This document shows positions 7,159 through 17,524 of a DNA stretch of 52,450 nucleotides, piece by piece (the first letter of the stretch is position 1; the number at the start of each line of letters is the position of its first letter). Made by a program: the position numbers and the translations under genes. A model generated the notes under the pieces. The model made no database searches and was not told the DNA's origin. It worked only from the letters and a program-made list of their open reading frames with translations. Origin of the DNA: Candidatus Omnitrophota bacterium (lineage in GTDB: Bacteria; Omnitrophota; Gorgyraeia; Gygaellales; Profunditerraquicolaceae); NCBI GenBank assembly GCA_018822885.1, contig JAHJJA010000018.1:1-52450 (forward strand), written 5' to 3'.

Positions 7159-7186
7159 AGTATAGTAGAAAAAAAAATATTGTCAA
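7159..7186 (-). promoter_or_regulatory. Candidate sigma-70 promoter of the Rrf2-cysK-nifU-DUF39 operon, with an overlapping direct-repeat operator candidate
   Basis: Minus strand has TTGACA (7186..7181), a 16-nt spacer, then TATACT (7164..7159). The plus strand at 7152-7169 carries two ATAGTAGA repeats. Confidence 0.5.
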
Positions 7187-7194
7187 GAAATATT

Positions 7195-8991
7195 TTATCT
7201 TCCTGAAGCAGTAACCATCTTTTTGATCTCGGCAGAGGCCTTGTGTTTAAGTAGATCCTCGAGGGAAACAGGTAAAACCAGCGACCAGTTTTTTTCACTT
7301 ACCGTTCCGGGAGTATTTGTCCTGTATTGGTAGGGATCCCCCTTCCAGATATCAAAAATATACAACCAGTCTATTATTGTGTTTACGCAAAATACCGCTT
7401 TTGAATCCAGGGTTATCTTGAGTGCTGCGCGCACGATCCTTGCATCCGAGGCCTCGCGCATAGCGCCTTTTAGGCCCAATTGCCGCCACAACTTTTCTTT
7501 TTCCAGGTAAGTATTAAGGTAGATATCTATAAAATCCCTGACCTCCTCTTTTCTCTTGCCAAGGATCCAGATAAGGTTATCTTCGGAATTAATCTCATTC
7601 TTCCAACGCAACCTTCCATGCCCGGAAAACGCGGGGTCAAATAATTGGGCCTTTACCGAATGAAAATTTATACCGCGGTCATTGCATTTCCTGATAAAAA
7701 GCCCCTCATCAACAGTGCCCGCCTCATTTTCCCACCACGCCGGCCAATTTGTAGTATCGTGCGTCGAAAGCATTGCTACTGAAAGCCTACGGTATTCATC
7801 TGGAGAGAGAAAATCATGGCGCACATCCCAATCCTTAACCCAACGCTCTACATCATTGCCCGGGATACCAAGCTCCTTCAGTGTATCAATGCAGACTCTT
7901 GGTATCACCCCAAGGTCTTCAGCGCATAGAAGCATCTTTGTCCCGTCCAATATCACCTGAAGGATCTCCTTGCCGTGCCCTCCCCACTTGGGTTCATCAC
8001 GCGGATCAAAGAATCCGTTTAGGCCCTGATTTTCAGCCGGCTCATTATAAGGGATACTCCAGATACGAAATAATCCCACTACATGGTCTATCCTTAAGAT
8101 ATCGTAAAAATTCTCCGCGTATTTGAGCTTCTCTTTCAGGTACCAGAATCCATTCTCTTTGATCTTGGCCCAATCATAGGTGGGCATGCCCCAACGCTGA
8201 CCCTTGGCGCAATACATATCCGGCGGCGCACCCGCAGCAAATTCAAGCTTAAAAAAATCTCTGTGCGCCCAGACATCAGCGCTGTCCCGAGAGACTAATA
8301 TTGGCAGATCCCCTTTAAGCAAAATATTCTTACTTTGAGCGTAAGCCTTGGCATCCCTAAACTGCTTAAAGGCCTGCCACTGCACCCACATCTGAAAAAC
8401 GATTTCTTTTTCATGCTCTTTCTTAAACTCTTCCAAAGCCGTCCACTCGCGTTCCCTGAATTTCTCATCCCAATCATACCATGCCTTGCCATGATGATAT
8501 TCTTTAAGCGCCTTAAAAAGACAGAAATTAAACAACCAATAATGGTTCTCTTCCATAAATCTATTGAATTCTTCATTATCAAAATCCTCTTGGAGACAAT
8601 ATATTTTCCATAAGAGCCGCATCTTCTCTTTCTTTATTGCGTAATCCAGGTGGGCGGCGCCTCCCACAGAAAAACGGCTCCTTAAAGCCTCGATCTCTTT
8701 TTTTATTGTTTTGTCCTCTGTCGCGGGAAAAGATCTCAAGGAAAGATAAACCGGCTCCAGGGCGAATGAACTGATAGAATCATACGGACAGGATACCGCT
8801 CCCATTTCATTCATCGGCAAAAGCTGGAGGATAGAATTTCCGGTTGAGGCTGTCCAATCAATCAGGAGTTTTAAATCCTCAAAATCTCCAATACCTAAGC
8901 TTTTTTTGGAATAAACAGAAAAGAGAGGAACAAGCAGGCCTGACCTTTTTTTATTTTGGATCCTAGCCCACTTTTCATTTGAATCTGACAT
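7195..8991 (-). CDS. malQ: 4-alpha-glucanotransferase (amylomaltase, GH77)
   Basis: 598 aa. GIGDFEDL..., RIDHVVGLFR and CAEDLGVIP motifs are typical of GH77. Confidence 0.85.
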   Translation of the reverse strand: MSDSNEKWARIQNKKRSGLLVPLFSVYSKKSLGIGDFEDLKLLIDWTASTGNSILQLLPMNEMGAVSCPYDSISSFALEPVYLSLRSFPATEDKTIKKEIEALRSRFSVGGAAHLDYAIKKEKMRLLWKIYCLQEDFDNEEFNRFMEENHYWLFNFCLFKALKEYHHGKAWYDWDEKFREREWTALEEFKKEHEKEIVFQMWVQWQAFKQFRDAKAYAQSKNILLKGDLPILVSRDSADVWAHRDFFKLEFAAGAPPDMYCAKGQRWGMPTYDWAKIKENGFWYLKEKLKYAENFYDILRIDHVVGLFRIWSIPYNEPAENQGLNGFFDPRDEPKWGGHGKEILQVILDGTKMLLCAEDLGVIPRVCIDTLKELGIPGNDVERWVKDWDVRHDFLSPDEYRRLSVAMLSTHDTTNWPAWWENEAGTVDEGLFIRKCNDRGINFHSVKAQLFDPAFSGHGRLRWKNEINSEDNLIWILGKRKEEVRDFIDIYLNTYLEKEKLWRQLGLKGAMREASDARIVRAALKITLDSKAVFCVNTIIDWLYIFDIWKGDPYQYRTNTPGTVSEKNWSLVLPVSLEDLLKHKASAEIKKMVTASGR

Positions 8992-9000
8992 AGTCTCTAC

Positions 9001-9810
9001 CTAACGAAAGAGAAAGAAATGGATTATTTGATTGCCCCAGAATAAAGATATTACAGCGGCAAATGCCAGAAATGGGCCGTAAGGAATAGTGTGATCCTTC
9101 TTGACAATAAGGTTTGCGATCCCGATCACTGCGCCAAAAAACGGCGCGACAAAAAAAGTCAGTAAAGCCAGCTTCCATCCTAAGAAAGCCCCGATCATTG
9201 CCAAGAGTTTCACGTCTCCGCCCCCCATTGATTCAGTCTCTCCCTGGATCGCCGGCCTCTTAAGCAATTTAAAATACACGAGGTCAAAGATAAGCCCGGT
9301 CAGATATATCGAGCCTCCTCCGACGATAATACCCATCAGTGAATTCAACATAGGCTTATAATAAAAGGCTAAAGGCGCGAAATTCAAGCCCTTGATCGTG
9401 CTCAATATCAAACCGACCAGCATACCGCCCACAGAGACCTCATCCGGGATGATACGATGCCCGATATCGACAAAGGTAGCGATAATAAGCGCGCAGGCAA
9501 ACGCCATGAAGGTGAAGAAATTGTAACTTAGTCCAAAACGCTCAAAGAGCGCCACAAACAAAAGTGCCGTGACCAACTCTACTAATGGATAGCGCAAGGA
9601 TATTTTTTGCCCGCAGAAACGACATTTTCCTCCAAGCAGGATAAAGCTTATAAAAGGAATATTGTCATGCGCGGGGATCCTCTTATTGCAGTGAGGACAA
9701 TGCGAGCTTGGCCAGACCACAGATTCCTCCTTAGGCATCCTGTGGATACAGACATTGAGAAAACTTCCGAAAATAGAACCAAAAACAAAAACTATTATTT
9801 TTGCTATCAT
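9001..9810 (-). CDS. pilD: Prepilin peptidase (A24 family type IV leader peptidase / N-methyltransferase)
   Basis: 269 aa polytopic membrane protein. N-terminal CPHC..C..C zinc-type motif and GGGDVKL catalytic aspartate motif. Confidence 0.85.
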   Translation of the reverse strand: MIAKIIVFVFGSIFGSFLNVCIHRMPKEESVVWPSSHCPHCNKRIPAHDNIPFISFILLGGKCRFCGQKISLRYPLVELVTALLFVALFERFGLSYNFFTFMAFACALIIATFVDIGHRIIPDEVSVGGMLVGLILSTIKGLNFAPLAFYYKPMLNSLMGIIVGGGSIYLTGLIFDLVYFKLLKRPAIQGETESMGGGDVKLLAMIGAFLGWKLALLTFFVAPFFGAVIGIANLIVKKDHTIPYGPFLAFAAVISLFWGNQIIHFFLFR

Positions 9811-10658
9811 GGCGATTTCACTCCTTCGTATAAGGCCTTGCGCATCACTTCAACAGGCGCATCTTTTGCCGTCCAGATCTCGAACGCACGCACACCCTGG
9901 TATAAAAGCATGCCCAGCCCATTAGAGGTTTTTGCCCCCTTCGCTGACGCGGCTTTAAGTAATCTTGTTTCTTTGGGATTATATATTAAATCATAGACCA
10001 GGGTTTTTCCAGTTATAAATTTATTATCCACAATACAGGGATCAGCCTCTTTCATGCCGATAGGAGTGGCATTTACTAATAGATCCGCATCCTGAATATC
10101 AAGATCCTCAATAGAATCAACTGCCCTGATATCCGTATTCTTAAAATTAGATTTTAAGTGTCCGGCTAATGAATCAAGTTTAGGCTTGATAGTATCAAAA
10201 ATATAAATACTTTCGGGATTGGCTTTGCATAAATAGACGCTCACTGCCCTTGATGCCCCGCCTGCCCCAAGAATAGCGATTTTCTTTCCTTGAGGATTGA
10301 ATTGCAGGTCTACGCTCAAATGCCTGAAGAAACCTTCTCCGTCAGTATTAAAACCTAGAAGTCCATCATCCTCGAGTTTGATCGTATTTACCGCGCCAAT
10401 AAGTTTAGCCTCCTCTGATATCGATCTTAAAAAAGCGGCGACCTTCTCTTTATAGGGGATAGTGACATTAAGGCCGCAGATATTTTTGTTTTTTAGGTCT
10501 TTTAGGAATGGCTCTACTTCGTTTTCCTGGAGGGGAAAAAGTTTATATTCGGCATTAATGCCTCGAGCGGCAAAAGCCGCGTTGTGCATTAACGGTGAGA
10601 TACTGTGAGAAACAGGATAACCGATTAGCCCGTAAAAGCTAATTTCTGATGGGGTCAT
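9807..10658 (-). CDS. aroE: Shikimate dehydrogenase
   Basis: 283 aa. Shows GYPVSHSISPLMHN, NVTIPYK and GAGGASRA motifs. Confidence 0.9.
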   Translation of the reverse strand: MTPSEISFYGLIGYPVSHSISPLMHNAAFAARGINAEYKLFPLQENEVEPFLKDLKNKNICGLNVTIPYKEKVAAFLRSISEEAKLIGAVNTIKLEDDGLLGFNTDGEGFFRHLSVDLQFNPQGKKIAILGAGGASRAVSVYLCKANPESIYIFDTIKPKLDSLAGHLKSNFKNTDIRAVDSIEDLDIQDADLLVNATPIGMKEADPCIVDNKFITGKTLVYDLIYNPKETRLLKAASAKGAKTSNGLGMLLYQGVRAFEIWTAKDAPVEVMRKALYEGVKSP

Positions 10659-11107
10659 TTCTTAAAAATAAAATAGAAAAGCCTGTCCCAATCGCTATCC
10701 TTATAATAAGAAAATGGCTGCGGATAAAGCGAGATCAGTTCCTCCTGGATCTCCTCTAAATTAAGCTGGCGTACCCTTTGAGGCAACCCCTCTGCTTCCG
10801 GTTGATCCTTTGCAAAGACCCCGTATATAATATTCCAAAACTCATCCCAATCTTTTTGCTCAAACCCCCTGAAAGGACTGCCCATATAGACCTTAAGCAT
10901 AGCCTCCTTCTTTGTAAGGGCCAGGGGCTGCTTTCGCTCCATCTTTTCTCCCGACTCATAAAAGAAATTATCCTTATAGATCTGGGCCTTTTTCATATTA
11001 AACAGCCAGAAGTTCTCGATCTTGAAGCGATAATTATAAAGGAGGGCCAATATGACAAACCCAAGGACTAAAAAAATCTTAGGCAAGAAGAATCTCTTAA
11101 AACGCAT
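10655..11107 (-). CDS. Hypothetical membrane-anchored protein
   Basis: 150 aa with a single N-terminal hydrophobic helix and no recognisable motif. Its ends overlap both leuA and aroE, implying co-translation. Confidence 0.5.
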   Translation of the reverse strand: MRFKRFFLPKIFLVLGFVILALLYNYRFKIENFWLFNMKKAQIYKDNFFYESGEKMERKQPLALTKKEAMLKVYMGSPFRGFEQKDWDEFWNIIYGVFAKDQPEAEGLPQRVRQLNLEEIQEELISLYPQPFSYYKDSDWDRLFYFIFKK

Positions 11108-12602
11108 ATTTATTCACCCCGTTTAGATAGGCCAAAAGGGCGGCTTCGATAATATCCGTGCTTGAACCTCTTCCAAAGACTATTCTTTCCTTTATCTTGA
11201 TCCTTAAACTAGCTTCTCCCATAGCATCCTTGCCCCTAGTCACGGCTTCCAGGCGAAAATCAAGCAGCTCTCCCTTAAGGCCGATGACCTTATCAGCCGC
11301 CTTAAAACACGCATCCACCGGCCCATCGCCGCTGGATACACCGGTGAGGATCTTGCCTTTATTTTTAAGCCTTACCGTAGCCTGAGGCGAAACACCTGTT
11401 CCTGAAGCGACTTCAAAACTATTCAGCTGCCATAAAGGCTTGACTGTCGCGATCTCATCCTCGACTATCGCGACTAAATCATCGTCAAAGATCTCTTTCT
11501 TCTTATCAGCTAATTCCTTAAAACGCGCAAACGCTTTTCCCATCTGTTTTTCTTCGAGATGGAAACCCAGGGTTTTTAAACGCTCGGTAAGCGCGTGCCT
11601 TCCGGAATGTTTGCCCAGGACCAGGCCTATGCCGTAAAAACCGACATCTTCGGGCTTAATGATCTCATAAGTAGAGCGCTCCTTCAAGACCCCGTCCTGA
11701 TGGATGCCTGACTCGTGCCTGAAGGCATTATAACCGACGATGGCTTTATTAGGGGCGATCACAAAACCGGTCAATTTACTGACTAGCCGACTAGTCTTAT
11801 AAATCTGCTTTTTATTAATGCCTGTTTTAACGCCCGGGAAAATATCTTTTCTTGTATTGATAGCCATGACTATCTCTTCCATAGAGGCGTTTCCCGCGCG
11901 TTCTCCTACCCCGTTAATAGTACATTCGACTTGGCGCGCGCCGTTGTTTACAGCCTCCAGAGAATTAGCAACGGCTAAACCCAGATCATTATGGCAATGC
12001 ACGGAGATCACGGCTTTATTTATATTCTGAACATTTTCTTTGATCGAGCGGATCAGCGATCCATATTCCTGCGGATAAGTATAGCCTACGGTATCGGGAA
12101 TATTTACGGTAGAGGCCCCTGCCTTGATCACCTCTTCTACTACCCTAAAAAGAAATTCTTTTTCTGTACGAGAAGCATCCTCGGGAGAAAACTCGATATC
12201 CGGACAAAACTTGCGCGCATACTTCACAGACTCAACCGCAAGACGCAAGATCTCATCTTCGGCTTTCTTTAATTTGTACTTCATGTGGATCTTAGAAGTA
12301 GCCAAAAACACGTGGATCCTAAAACGCTGCGCGGATTTTAAGGCCTGATAAGCGGCATCAATATCTTTTTTAATTGCGCGCGCTAAGCCACAGATGACCG
12401 GGCCTTTGACGGATTTAGCGACCGACTTCACCGAATCAAAATCACCTTCGGATGAGATCGGGAATCCTGCCTCAATGACATCAACGCCAAGATTAGCCAA
12501 GGCGTTAGCGACCTCCAGCTTCTCCTGGTGGTTCATCGAGGCTCCCGGTGCCTGCTCCCCGTCGCGTAAAGTTGTATCGAATATTATTATTTTTTCATCC
12601 AC
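11097..12602 (-). CDS. leuA: 2-isopropylmalate synthase (citramalate synthase cannot be excluded)
   Basis: 501 aa. Shows [10 protein letters not shown] and [12 protein letters not shown] motifs plus a C-terminal LeuA dimerisation region. Confidence 0.8.
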   Translation of the reverse strand: MDEKIIIFDTTLRDGEQAPGASMNHQEKLEVANALANLGVDVIEAGFPISSEGDFDSVKSVAKSVKGPVICGLARAIKKDIDAAYQALKSAQRFRIHVFLATSKIHMKYKLKKAEDEILRLAVESVKYARKFCPDIEFSPEDASRTEKEFLFRVVEEVIKAGASTVNIPDTVGYTYPQEYGSLIRSIKENVQNINKAVISVHCHNDLGLAVANSLEAVNNGARQVECTINGVGERAGNASMEEIVMAINTRKDIFPGVKTGINKKQIYKTSRLVSKLTGFVIAPNKAIVGYNAFRHESGIHQDGVLKERSTYEIIKPEDVGFYGIGLVLGKHSGRHALTERLKTLGFHLEEKQMGKAFARFKELADKKKEIFDDDLVAIVEDEIATVKPLWQLNSFEVASGTGVSPQATVRLKNKGKILTGVSSGDGPVDACFKAADKVIGLKGELLDFRLEAVTRGKDAMGEASLRIKIKERIVFGRGSSTDIIEAALLAYLNGVNKYAF

Positions 12603-13579
12603 GGCATCATCTCGCGCAAATCCTTGCCTACCTTCTCAATCAGATGCTCATCGCCTTCTTTTAATAATCTATCAAAGTTCGGCCTGCCTTCTACGTTTTC
12701 CTTGATCCACTCTTTGGCAAACTTGCCGCTTTTTATCTCTTTTAAGATCTTCTTCATTTCCTTGCGGGTTTTCTGAGTAATGATCCGAGGGCCGCGGCTT
12801 AAGTCTCCATAACAGGCGGTATTAGAAACTCCGCGGCGCATTCCGGAGATGCCCCTCTCCTGAATAAGGTCAGTGATCAGTTTTAACTCATGTAAGACCT
12901 CAAAATAAGCGATCTCAGGCTGATATCCTGCTTCGATCAAAGTATCAAAACCTGCCTTGATCAACTCTGAAACTCCTCCGCAAAGCACTGCCTGCTCACC
13001 GAAGAGATCAGTCTCGGTTTCCTCTTCAAATGTAGTCTCGATCACGCCTGCGGTAGTCGCTTTCAGTGCTTTTGCATAAGCTAACGCCAATTTCATGGCA
13101 TCTCCGGTAGCATTCTGATAAACAGCCACTAAAGAAGGCACACCTTTACCCTCCTCGTACATCCTGCGTACCAAAGCACCCGGACCTTTAGGAGCGACCA
13201 TAAACACATCCACGTTTTTCGGAGGCTTGATCTGTTTAAAGCGGATATTAAAACCGTGCGAAAAACAAAGTGCCTTGCCTTTTTTCAGGTTTGGTTTGAT
13301 ACTCTCATTGTAAACCTTTGCCTGTACGTGGTCTTGAGTAAGTATCTGGATAATATCTGCTGCTTTAGCGGCTTCGGATGCGTTTACAGGGATGAAACCA
13401 TCCTTTTTAGCTTGCTCAAAATTTGGCGTACCCTCCATTTCAGAAACCACCACCCTGCATCCTGAATCGCGAAGGCACAACGATTGGCCGCGCCCCTGAA
13501 TACCGTAACCAATGATCGCAATCGTCTTATCTTTTAAGATCTCTAAATCCGCGTCTTTATCATAATAGATTTTAGCCAT
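12587..13579 (-). CDS. ilvC: Ketol-acid reductoisomerase
   Basis: 330 aa. Shows the [13 protein letters not shown] Rossmann motif and FSHGFNI. Confidence 0.92.
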   Translation of the reverse strand: MAKIYYDKDADLEILKDKTIAIIGYGIQGRGQSLCLRDSGCRVVVSEMEGTPNFEQAKKDGFIPVNASEAAKAADIIQILTQDHVQAKVYNESIKPNLKKGKALCFSHGFNIRFKQIKPPKNVDVFMVAPKGPGALVRRMYEEGKGVPSLVAVYQNATGDAMKLALAYAKALKATTAGVIETTFEEETETDLFGEQAVLCGGVSELIKAGFDTLIEAGYQPEIAYFEVLHELKLITDLIQERGISGMRRGVSNTACYGDLSRGPRIITQKTRKEMKKILKEIKSGKFAKEWIKENVEGRPNFDRLLKEGDEHLIEKVGKDLREMMPWMKK

Positions 13580-13594
13580 TTCTCCCCTTTCGTC

Positions 13595-14068
13595 TTAATG
13601 CCCCAATGCAACTCTACCGGTCTTGACCAGTTCTTTTATCCCAAACTCGCTTAGCGACTCAAGCAAGCCTCTAATCTGCTTTTGATCGCCCACTGCCTCA
13701 ATGATCGCGGTACACCCTTTTTTCTGGATTATCTTACCGACATATTTCTTAAACAACTTCTCTAATTTTGCCTTGTATTTTGGAGAGTAATCTACTTTCA
13801 CCAAAATCAGCTCTCGGTCAACGTGCTCTTTTTTGGTAAAATCAGTCACGCTGATGACATCGATCAATTTATTGAGCTGCTTCTTGATCTGCTCTAATAT
13901 CGCCTCATCTTTAGCTTCAACGACAATAGTCATATACGAAATCGAAGGCTCAAGCGTCTCACTCACTGCTAAAGAGGCTATATTATAACCGCGCGCGCTG
14001 AATAATCCGGCGACACGCGCCAGGACTCCGAATTTGTTTTCGACTAAAACAGAGATTGTATGCTTCAT
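13595..14068 (-). CDS. ilvN: Acetolactate synthase small (regulatory) subunit
   Basis: 157 aa. ACT domain start MKHTISVLVENKFGVLARVAGLFSARGYNI. Confidence 0.9.
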   Translation of the reverse strand: MKHTISVLVENKFGVLARVAGLFSARGYNIASLAVSETLEPSISYMTIVVEAKDEAILEQIKKQLNKLIDVISVTDFTKKEHVDRELILVKVDYSPKYKAKLEKLFKKYVGKIIQKKGCTAIIEAVGDQKQIRGLLESLSEFGIKELVKTGRVALGH

Positions 14069-14078
14069 AGCAGCCTTT

Positions 14079-15743
14079 CTATGCCAGACCGCTTATCATC
14101 TTATTAATCGCCTCGCCTGCGGGCACCATAGGAAAGACATTTTCCTCCGGCTCGATGCGACAATCAATAAGCACGGTATTGTCTATCTCGAGCGCCTTAT
14201 CAATTGCCGCTCGCACATCTTCTTTCTTGGTGACATGGATACCAAACGCTCCGTAACTTTCGGCCAATTTCACAAAATCAGGCGCGGTTATACAGACTTG
14301 GGAATAGCGCTTTTTATAAAAAAGCTCCTGCCATTGCCGCACCATCCCGAGGTAACCGTTGTTTAAGATCACTACTTTTACATTTATTTTATTACAGACG
14401 CAGGTAGCTAATTCCTGTATATTCATCTGGATGGAACCATCCCCTGCGATATCAATAACCGTCTTCTCCGGATGAGCCACTTTCGCCCCTATTGCCGCAG
14501 GTAAACCGAAGCCCATTGTACCTAATCCACCGCTAGAAATAAATGTGCGCGGATAGTCGTATTTGTAATATTGCGCCGCCCACATCTGATTCTGGCCGAC
14601 CTCTGTAGTGATTATCGCTTCCCCTTTTGTCGCTTCATAGAGCTGCTCGATTACAAATTGAGGCTTAATTATCCCTTCATCTTTATAACGTAAAGGATGT
14701 TTCTTTTTCCAATCCTCTACAGTTTTGAGCCACTCTGAAATATCGGGTAATTTCTTAAGCTCTTCCAGGATCTCTCCCAAAATATTCTTGGCATCCCCTA
14801 CAACAGGCACATCAACACGAATATTCTTACTTATTGATGAGGGATCGATATCGATATGCAGCACTTTCGCGTTAGGCGCAAAACTATCGATTCTACCGGT
14901 TACCCGGTCATCAAAGCGAGCGCCAACAGCGATAATAAGGTCCGCCTCCATGATGGCGTGATTTGCGTAAGCGGTCCCGTGCATCCCCAGCATCCCCAAT
15001 GAAAGCTTGTGCGTCGCCGGAAACGCGCCGATACCCATCAGCGTCCAAGTAACAGGGGCCTGGATCTTTTCAGCCAGCTCCCGTAACACCAAATGCGCCC
15101 CGGAAGTTATCACCCCTCCACCCACATAAAGGATCGGCTTCTTTGCCTGGCTAATAAGTTTACAGGCTTTCTTTATCTGCCCCGGATGGCCGAAAAGAGT
15201 AGGTTTATAACTTCTTATCTCCACGGTCTCGGGCCAGATAAATTCTGTTTCCTGCATCTGGATATCAGACGGTATATCGATCAACACAGGCCCGGGGCGT
15301 CCGCTTGAGGCGATATAAAAAGCCTCACGAACAGTCCGTGCCAAGTCCTTAGCATCCTTAACCAGATAATTATGTTTTGTTATCGGGCGGGTAATACCGG
15401 TGACATCGGCCTCCTGGAATGCGTCATTTCCGATTAAAAAACTCTTCACCTGCCCGGTTATCGCCACCATTGGGACAGAATCCATATAAGCAGTAGCGAT
15501 TCCGGTGACCAGATTTGTCGCTCCGGGCCCGCTTGTCGCAAGGCAGACTCCTGGCTTACCGGTTGCGCGCGCATAACCATCAGCCGCGTGCGCTGCCCCT
15601 TGCTCATGGCGCACGAGGACGAATTTTAAATCCGCGTCATAAAGTTTATCGAGGATGGGCAATACCTGGCCTCCAGGGTAACCAAAGATCACCTCGACGC
15701 CTTCCCGCTTTAAAGATTCGATTAATATCTGCGCGCCTATCAT
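14079..15743 (-). CDS. ilvB: Acetolactate synthase large subunit (ThDP-dependent)
   Basis: 554 aa. Shows GYPGG, the GDGS...NN ThDP-binding motif and MLGMHG. Confidence 0.92.
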   Translation of the reverse strand: MIGAQILIESLKREGVEVIFGYPGGQVLPILDKLYDADLKFVLVRHEQGAAHAADGYARATGKPGVCLATSGPGATNLVTGIATAYMDSVPMVAITGQVKSFLIGNDAFQEADVTGITRPITKHNYLVKDAKDLARTVREAFYIASSGRPGPVLIDIPSDIQMQETEFIWPETVEIRSYKPTLFGHPGQIKKACKLISQAKKPILYVGGGVITSGAHLVLRELAEKIQAPVTWTLMGIGAFPATHKLSLGMLGMHGTAYANHAIMEADLIIAVGARFDDRVTGRIDSFAPNAKVLHIDIDPSSISKNIRVDVPVVGDAKNILGEILEELKKLPDISEWLKTVEDWKKKHPLRYKDEGIIKPQFVIEQLYEATKGEAIITTEVGQNQMWAAQYYKYDYPRTFISSGGLGTMGFGLPAAIGAKVAHPEKTVIDIAGDGSIQMNIQELATCVCNKINVKVVILNNGYLGMVRQWQELFYKKRYSQVCITAPDFVKLAESYGAFGIHVTKKEDVRAAIDKALEIDNTVLIDCRIEPEENVFPMVPAGEAINKMISGLA

Positions 15744-17392
15744 TTTAATACCGCACCCTTATCCGCCGAACTCACTGATTTGGAATAACGCGAAAGGTAT
15801 CCAGTCTTGATTTTCGGCTGTATAGATTTCCAAGATTTAAATCTTTTAGCTATTTCGGCTTTACTCAAAGCTACGGCTATTTTTCTATTTGCTATGTCGA
15901 TCGTGATCAGGTCGCCATTTCTTAGTATAGCGATAGGTCCGCCTGCGGCAGCTTCCGGAGAGACATGTCCGATACAGGGGCCTTTTGTGCCGCCGGAGAA
16001 TCTTCCGTCGGTTATAAGCGCGACATCTTCATGCAACCCCATTCCGACGATTGCCGAAGTCGGAGCAAGCATCTCACGCATACCGGGACCGCCTGAAGGG
16101 CCTTCATAACGGATCACTACCACATCGCCCTTCTTGACTTTGCCCCCCAGGATCGCCTGCATTGCCTCTTCTTCACGATTAAAAACCCGTGCCTTACCGC
16201 TAAACCTCATCATCTTCGGGCTGACTGCAGCCTGTTTTACAATTGCTCCATTTGGAGCGATATTGCCAAACAAAACCGCCAATCCGCCTTCTTTATGATA
16301 AGCCTGATCAAACGGCCGGATGACATCTTCATCATAGATCTCTGCGGAATCAGCAATACTGAATATTTTCTTTCCGCTTAAGGTAATAGTATTATTTAAT
16401 CTACTCTTTAGCCGTTTTAAAACCGCAGGGATTCCTCCGGCATATTCCAGGTCTTCCATGAAATGCTCCCCGGCAGGCTCAAGCAATGTCACATGCGGCA
16501 CGCTCTTACCTATCTTATCAAATGTCTTTAAATCAAAATCTATACCCGCTTCATGAGCAATGGCCATAAGATGTAAAACTGTATTGCTAGAACCACCCAA
16601 CGCCATATCCACGACAATAGCGTTTTCCATGGCTTTTTTTGTAATAATATCACGAGGGAGAATATTCTTTTTTACCAATTCAACTACGCGTTCACCGGAA
16701 GCCTGGGCTATGCGGCGCTTCTTAGCAGATATGGCTAAAGCCGTAGCGCATCCCGGCAAACTCATACCCAGAGTTTCAGTCAAGCAGGCCATGGTATTTG
16801 CAGTATACAAACCCTGGCATGAGCCGGCTCCGGGGCAGGATTCTGTTTCAAGGCAAGCCAGATCTTTAGCAGAGATCTCACCCTTTTTAGCCAAAGCCAC
16901 TGCTTCGAATGTATCATGCACAAAAGCAAGCTTTCTTTGCTTATATCTTCCGGAGATCATTGGTCCGGCAGTAACAATAATCGCCGGAATATTTAACCGC
17001 GCCACACCCATCAACATGCCGGGAGTAATCTTATCGCAATTAGTGAGGCAAATAATCCCATCTAACTGGTGCGCATTACAGACTGTTTCAATAGTGTCGG
17101 CGACAATCTCGCGTAAGGCTAACGGGTAACACATACCTAAGTGCCCCATGGCGATCCCGTCGCAAATCCCGGGAACACCAAATAAAAACGGCACTCCTCC
17201 GCCGTAACAGACTCCGCGTTCGATAAAGCGCTCAAGGTCGCGCATACCGATATGGCCGGGAATAAGATCGGTAAAAGAAGTTGCGACCCCGATAAACGGA
17301 CGGCCCAGATCCTTTGTACTTATTCCTGTCGCATGCAAAAGTGCTCGATGCGGAATACGCTCGATACCTTTCTTTGTTAAGTCTGAACGCAT
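15740..17392 (-). CDS. ilvD: Dihydroxy-acid dehydratase
   Basis: 550 aa. Shows CDKITPGM and [12 protein letters not shown]-like ([14 protein letters not shown]) motifs. AGGAGG RBS upstream. Confidence 0.92.
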   Translation of the reverse strand: MRSDLTKKGIERIPHRALLHATGISTKDLGRPFIGVATSFTDLIPGHIGMRDLERFIERGVCYGGGVPFLFGVPGICDGIAMGHLGMCYPLALREIVADTIETVCNAHQLDGIICLTNCDKITPGMLMGVARLNIPAIIVTAGPMISGRYKQRKLAFVHDTFEAVALAKKGEISAKDLACLETESCPGAGSCQGLYTANTMACLTETLGMSLPGCATALAISAKKRRIAQASGERVVELVKKNILPRDIITKKAMENAIVVDMALGGSSNTVLHLMAIAHEAGIDFDLKTFDKIGKSVPHVTLLEPAGEHFMEDLEYAGGIPAVLKRLKSRLNNTITLSGKKIFSIADSAEIYDEDVIRPFDQAYHKEGGLAVLFGNIAPNGAIVKQAAVSPKMMRFSGKARVFNREEEAMQAILGGKVKKGDVVVIRYEGPSGGPGMREMLAPTSAIVGMGLHEDVALITDGRFSGGTKGPCIGHVSPEAAAGGPIAILRNGDLITIDIANRKIAVALSKAEIAKRFKSWKSIQPKIKTGYLSRYSKSVSSADKGAVLK

Positions 17393-17404
17393 AGTTCCCT
17401 CCTA

Positions 17405-17520
17405 ATCCCGACTCATAAACCGTGTGAAAATCTTATTTTAAAATTTTCACACTTTCGTCGGGATAAATTCGGCCAAACAACTTATGTTCGCTCATTACAT
17501 TCGCTCCATAAGTTGTGGCC
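17405..17520 (-). repeat. Bipartite hairpin element family 2, copy Y
   Basis: Hairpin A at 17471-17520 (GGCCACAACUUAUG-GAGCGAAUGUAAUGAGCGAA-CAUAAGUUGUUUGGCC). Hairpin B at 17405-17464 (AUCCCGAC ... GUCGGGAU enclosing GUGUGAAAAU/AUUUUCACAC). Confidence 0.8.
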
Positions 17521-17524
17521 TCAT

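Noticed and set aside
17393-17524. Leader-peptide or T-box attenuation of the ilv operon.
   Set aside because: The only short ORF (MRPQLMERM) has no Ile/Leu/Val codon run, and no T-box sequence or specifier loop is present. The region is a copy of a repeat that also precedes unrelated genes.
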